Both the position numbers and the translations under genes were made by a program. The notes below the pieces were generated by a model, which saw only the letters and a program-made list of their open reading frames with translations, made no database searches and had not been told where the DNA came from. From Octopus sinensis (taxonomy: Eukaryota): a stretch of 10,633 nucleotides of DNA. The stretch is taken from positions 1 to 10,633 of the forward strand of contig NW_021827378.1 in NCBI RefSeq assembly GCF_006345805.1. Direction: 5' to 3'. Of the stretch, positions 9,229 through 10,633 are shown piece after piece (positions within the stretch are counted from its first letter, which is position 1; each line of letters opens with the position of its first letter).

Positions 9229-9308
9229 TTCATAAGATTAGTATTTCACATATTCACGGAAGAAAACAATTCTGTCAATGTATTTTGATATAGTACAGCA
9301 TTTTAGAA

Positions 9309-9817
9309 ATTTCTTTATTGCCCTCAGGGGTCTAAACACAGAAAGGACAAACAAGGACAGACAAAGTGATTAAGTCGATTACATCGACCCCAGTGCGTAA
9401 CTGGTACTTATTTAATCGATCACGAAAAGATGCAGGGCAAACAAAATACCGCTAAGAAGGGACAATCAAATACAAAGAGATTAAGACGATTACATCGAAT
9501 CAAGTGCGAAGCTGGTACTTAATTTTACCGACTCCGAAAGGACGAGAGGCAAAGTCGACCTCGGGTGAATTTGAACTCAGAACGTAACGGCAGATGAAAT
9601 ACCTATTTCTTTATTACCCACAAGGGGCTAAACACAGAGGGGACAAACAAGGACAGACATAGGTATTAAGTCGATTACATCGACCCCAGTGCGTAACTGG
9701 TACATAATTTATCGACCCCGAACGGATGAAAGGCAAAGTCGACCTCGGAGGAATTTGAACTCAGAACGTAACGGCAGATGAAATACCGCTAAGTATTTCG
9801 CCTGGTGCGTCGCCGCC
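9309..9817 (-). mobile_element. Head-to-tail trimer of family A long-tail SINE units
   Basis: Units at about 9309-9441, 9458-9603 and 9604-9817. The hairpin/core motif occurs three times, and cagatgaaatacc recurs at 9591-9603 and 9775-9787 (period 184). Only the last unit keeps a 5' end (ggcggcg), with about 16 nt including the A-box deleted. Confidence 0.9.
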
Positions 9818-10383
9818 CAAAATTAGAACATAATTTTTTTGGTCCGTGTTGATTATTACCCTCCTTGTTATACTGATTTCATCTTTAGAATATCTTTCTT
9901 CTCTAAAGAAGTTTATCGTGACTTGTTGTGATTGGTGCGATTACAATTTCATGCTCCATATCCTGCTTAACTCAAATCGGATATTTTGGTGCATTTTTCT
10001 ATTATTCCGACCTCTTTTTGAGCAACGGCTTTTATCAAAATCGAAGAAGGTTTTTCTTAGAGCGCATATATTTACATTCCATTTATTTTGATAATTGTCA
10101 CAACTCATTTGGCAGAAGTGTACAATTTTGTCTCATATTACATGATTAATGGAAAACCCTTAGCCACCAGTGATTTGACGATAACGTCTATCATTATTTA
10201 AACCCTTATATTCTTCCTTGGTAAACATTTGAAGTTTATAGAATGTAATTTTCAAGTGATTCCTTTCAGGAATTTATTAATAGTATACTGAATCTATGAC
10301 GACGTCTGAAGAATATTTGTAAAAAATATATAAGCTCAAGGAAAACTAAACAAATTAATGGTGAGTCTTCATCGACTTATTGA

Positions 10384-10449
10384 TATATATTATACAATAC
10401 ACTCACTCACACACTCACACTATATATAGCATATATACATATAAATAAG

Positions 10450-10498
<49 letters not shown>

Positions 10499-10531
10499 TA
10501 TATATTATATATATATAATATATATATATAT
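10384..10531. repeat. (CACT)n and interrupted (TA)n microsatellite
   Basis: Directly visible. Confidence 0.9.
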
Positions 10532-10633
10532 GAAAAAACAAGTCAAGATAGAAAATGCTAAAGTAATTTTATAAAGAACATTTCAGTACCGGTTTCGGTC
10601 ATTTTGCGACCTTTCAGCTGTAACAATAAATAA
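10532..10633 (-). mobile_element. Possible terminus of a Penelope-like element or retrozyme-like repeat, running off the window
   Basis: Complex sequence starts abruptly at a (TA)n tract and carries a minimal hammerhead-like motif about 52 nt from the junction. No ORF is visible in the window, so the class is inferred only. Confidence 0.4.
10584..10620 (-). ncRNA. Minimal type I hammerhead-ribozyme-like motif (core one nt short, probably inactive copy)
   Basis: Minus-strand RNA reads CAG-CUGAAA-GGUC-GCAAAAU-GACC-GAAA-CCGG-UA-CUG: stem I CAG/CUG, stem II GGUC/GACC, GAAA, palindromic stem III ACCGGU, GUA cleavage triplet. Confidence 0.55.

Noticed and set aside
9309-9817. CRISPR-like repeat-spacer array
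   Set aside because: The units are about 150-215-nt SINE copies with no unique spacers, in a eukaryotic context with no cas genes.
9840-10172. Possible Tc1/Tc3-like transposase relic on the minus strand (CACTGGTGG TIR-like start; KISDLS*AGYGA*)
   Set aside because: Multiple stops and shifts, no TA target site, no second TIR and no catalytic motifs; unsupported without a tBLASTx or HMM hit.

Overview
AT-rich, microsatellite-dense eukaryotic DNA that looks intronic or intergenic. It is most likely from an octopus or other coleoid cephalopod; this is inferred from recalled octopus-type tRNA-derived SINEs and was not checked against a database. The solid content is one complete but dead mariner (DD34D) DNA transposon (819-2064, minus strand, 26-bp TIRs, broken transposase), about a dozen SINE copies or fragments of three families (called A, B and C here, most of them piled up in 6886-9817 with nesting, inverted pairs and a head-to-tail trimer), and many (TA)n/(TATC)n/(GT)n arrays. 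Most ORFs in the supplied track are microsatellite or SINE artefacts. The most interesting signal is a minimal type I hammerhead-ribozyme-like fold on the minus strand at 10584-10620, next to a (TA)n tract and resembling those of Penelope-like elements; its core is one base short in this copy. Also notable are a hairpin shared by SINE families A and B with a compensatory base-pair change, and a speculative chain of small in-phase minus-strand exons (7569 to 2805) that could belong to a host gene. No prokaryotic features, CRISPR arrays, rRNA or true tRNA genes were found.
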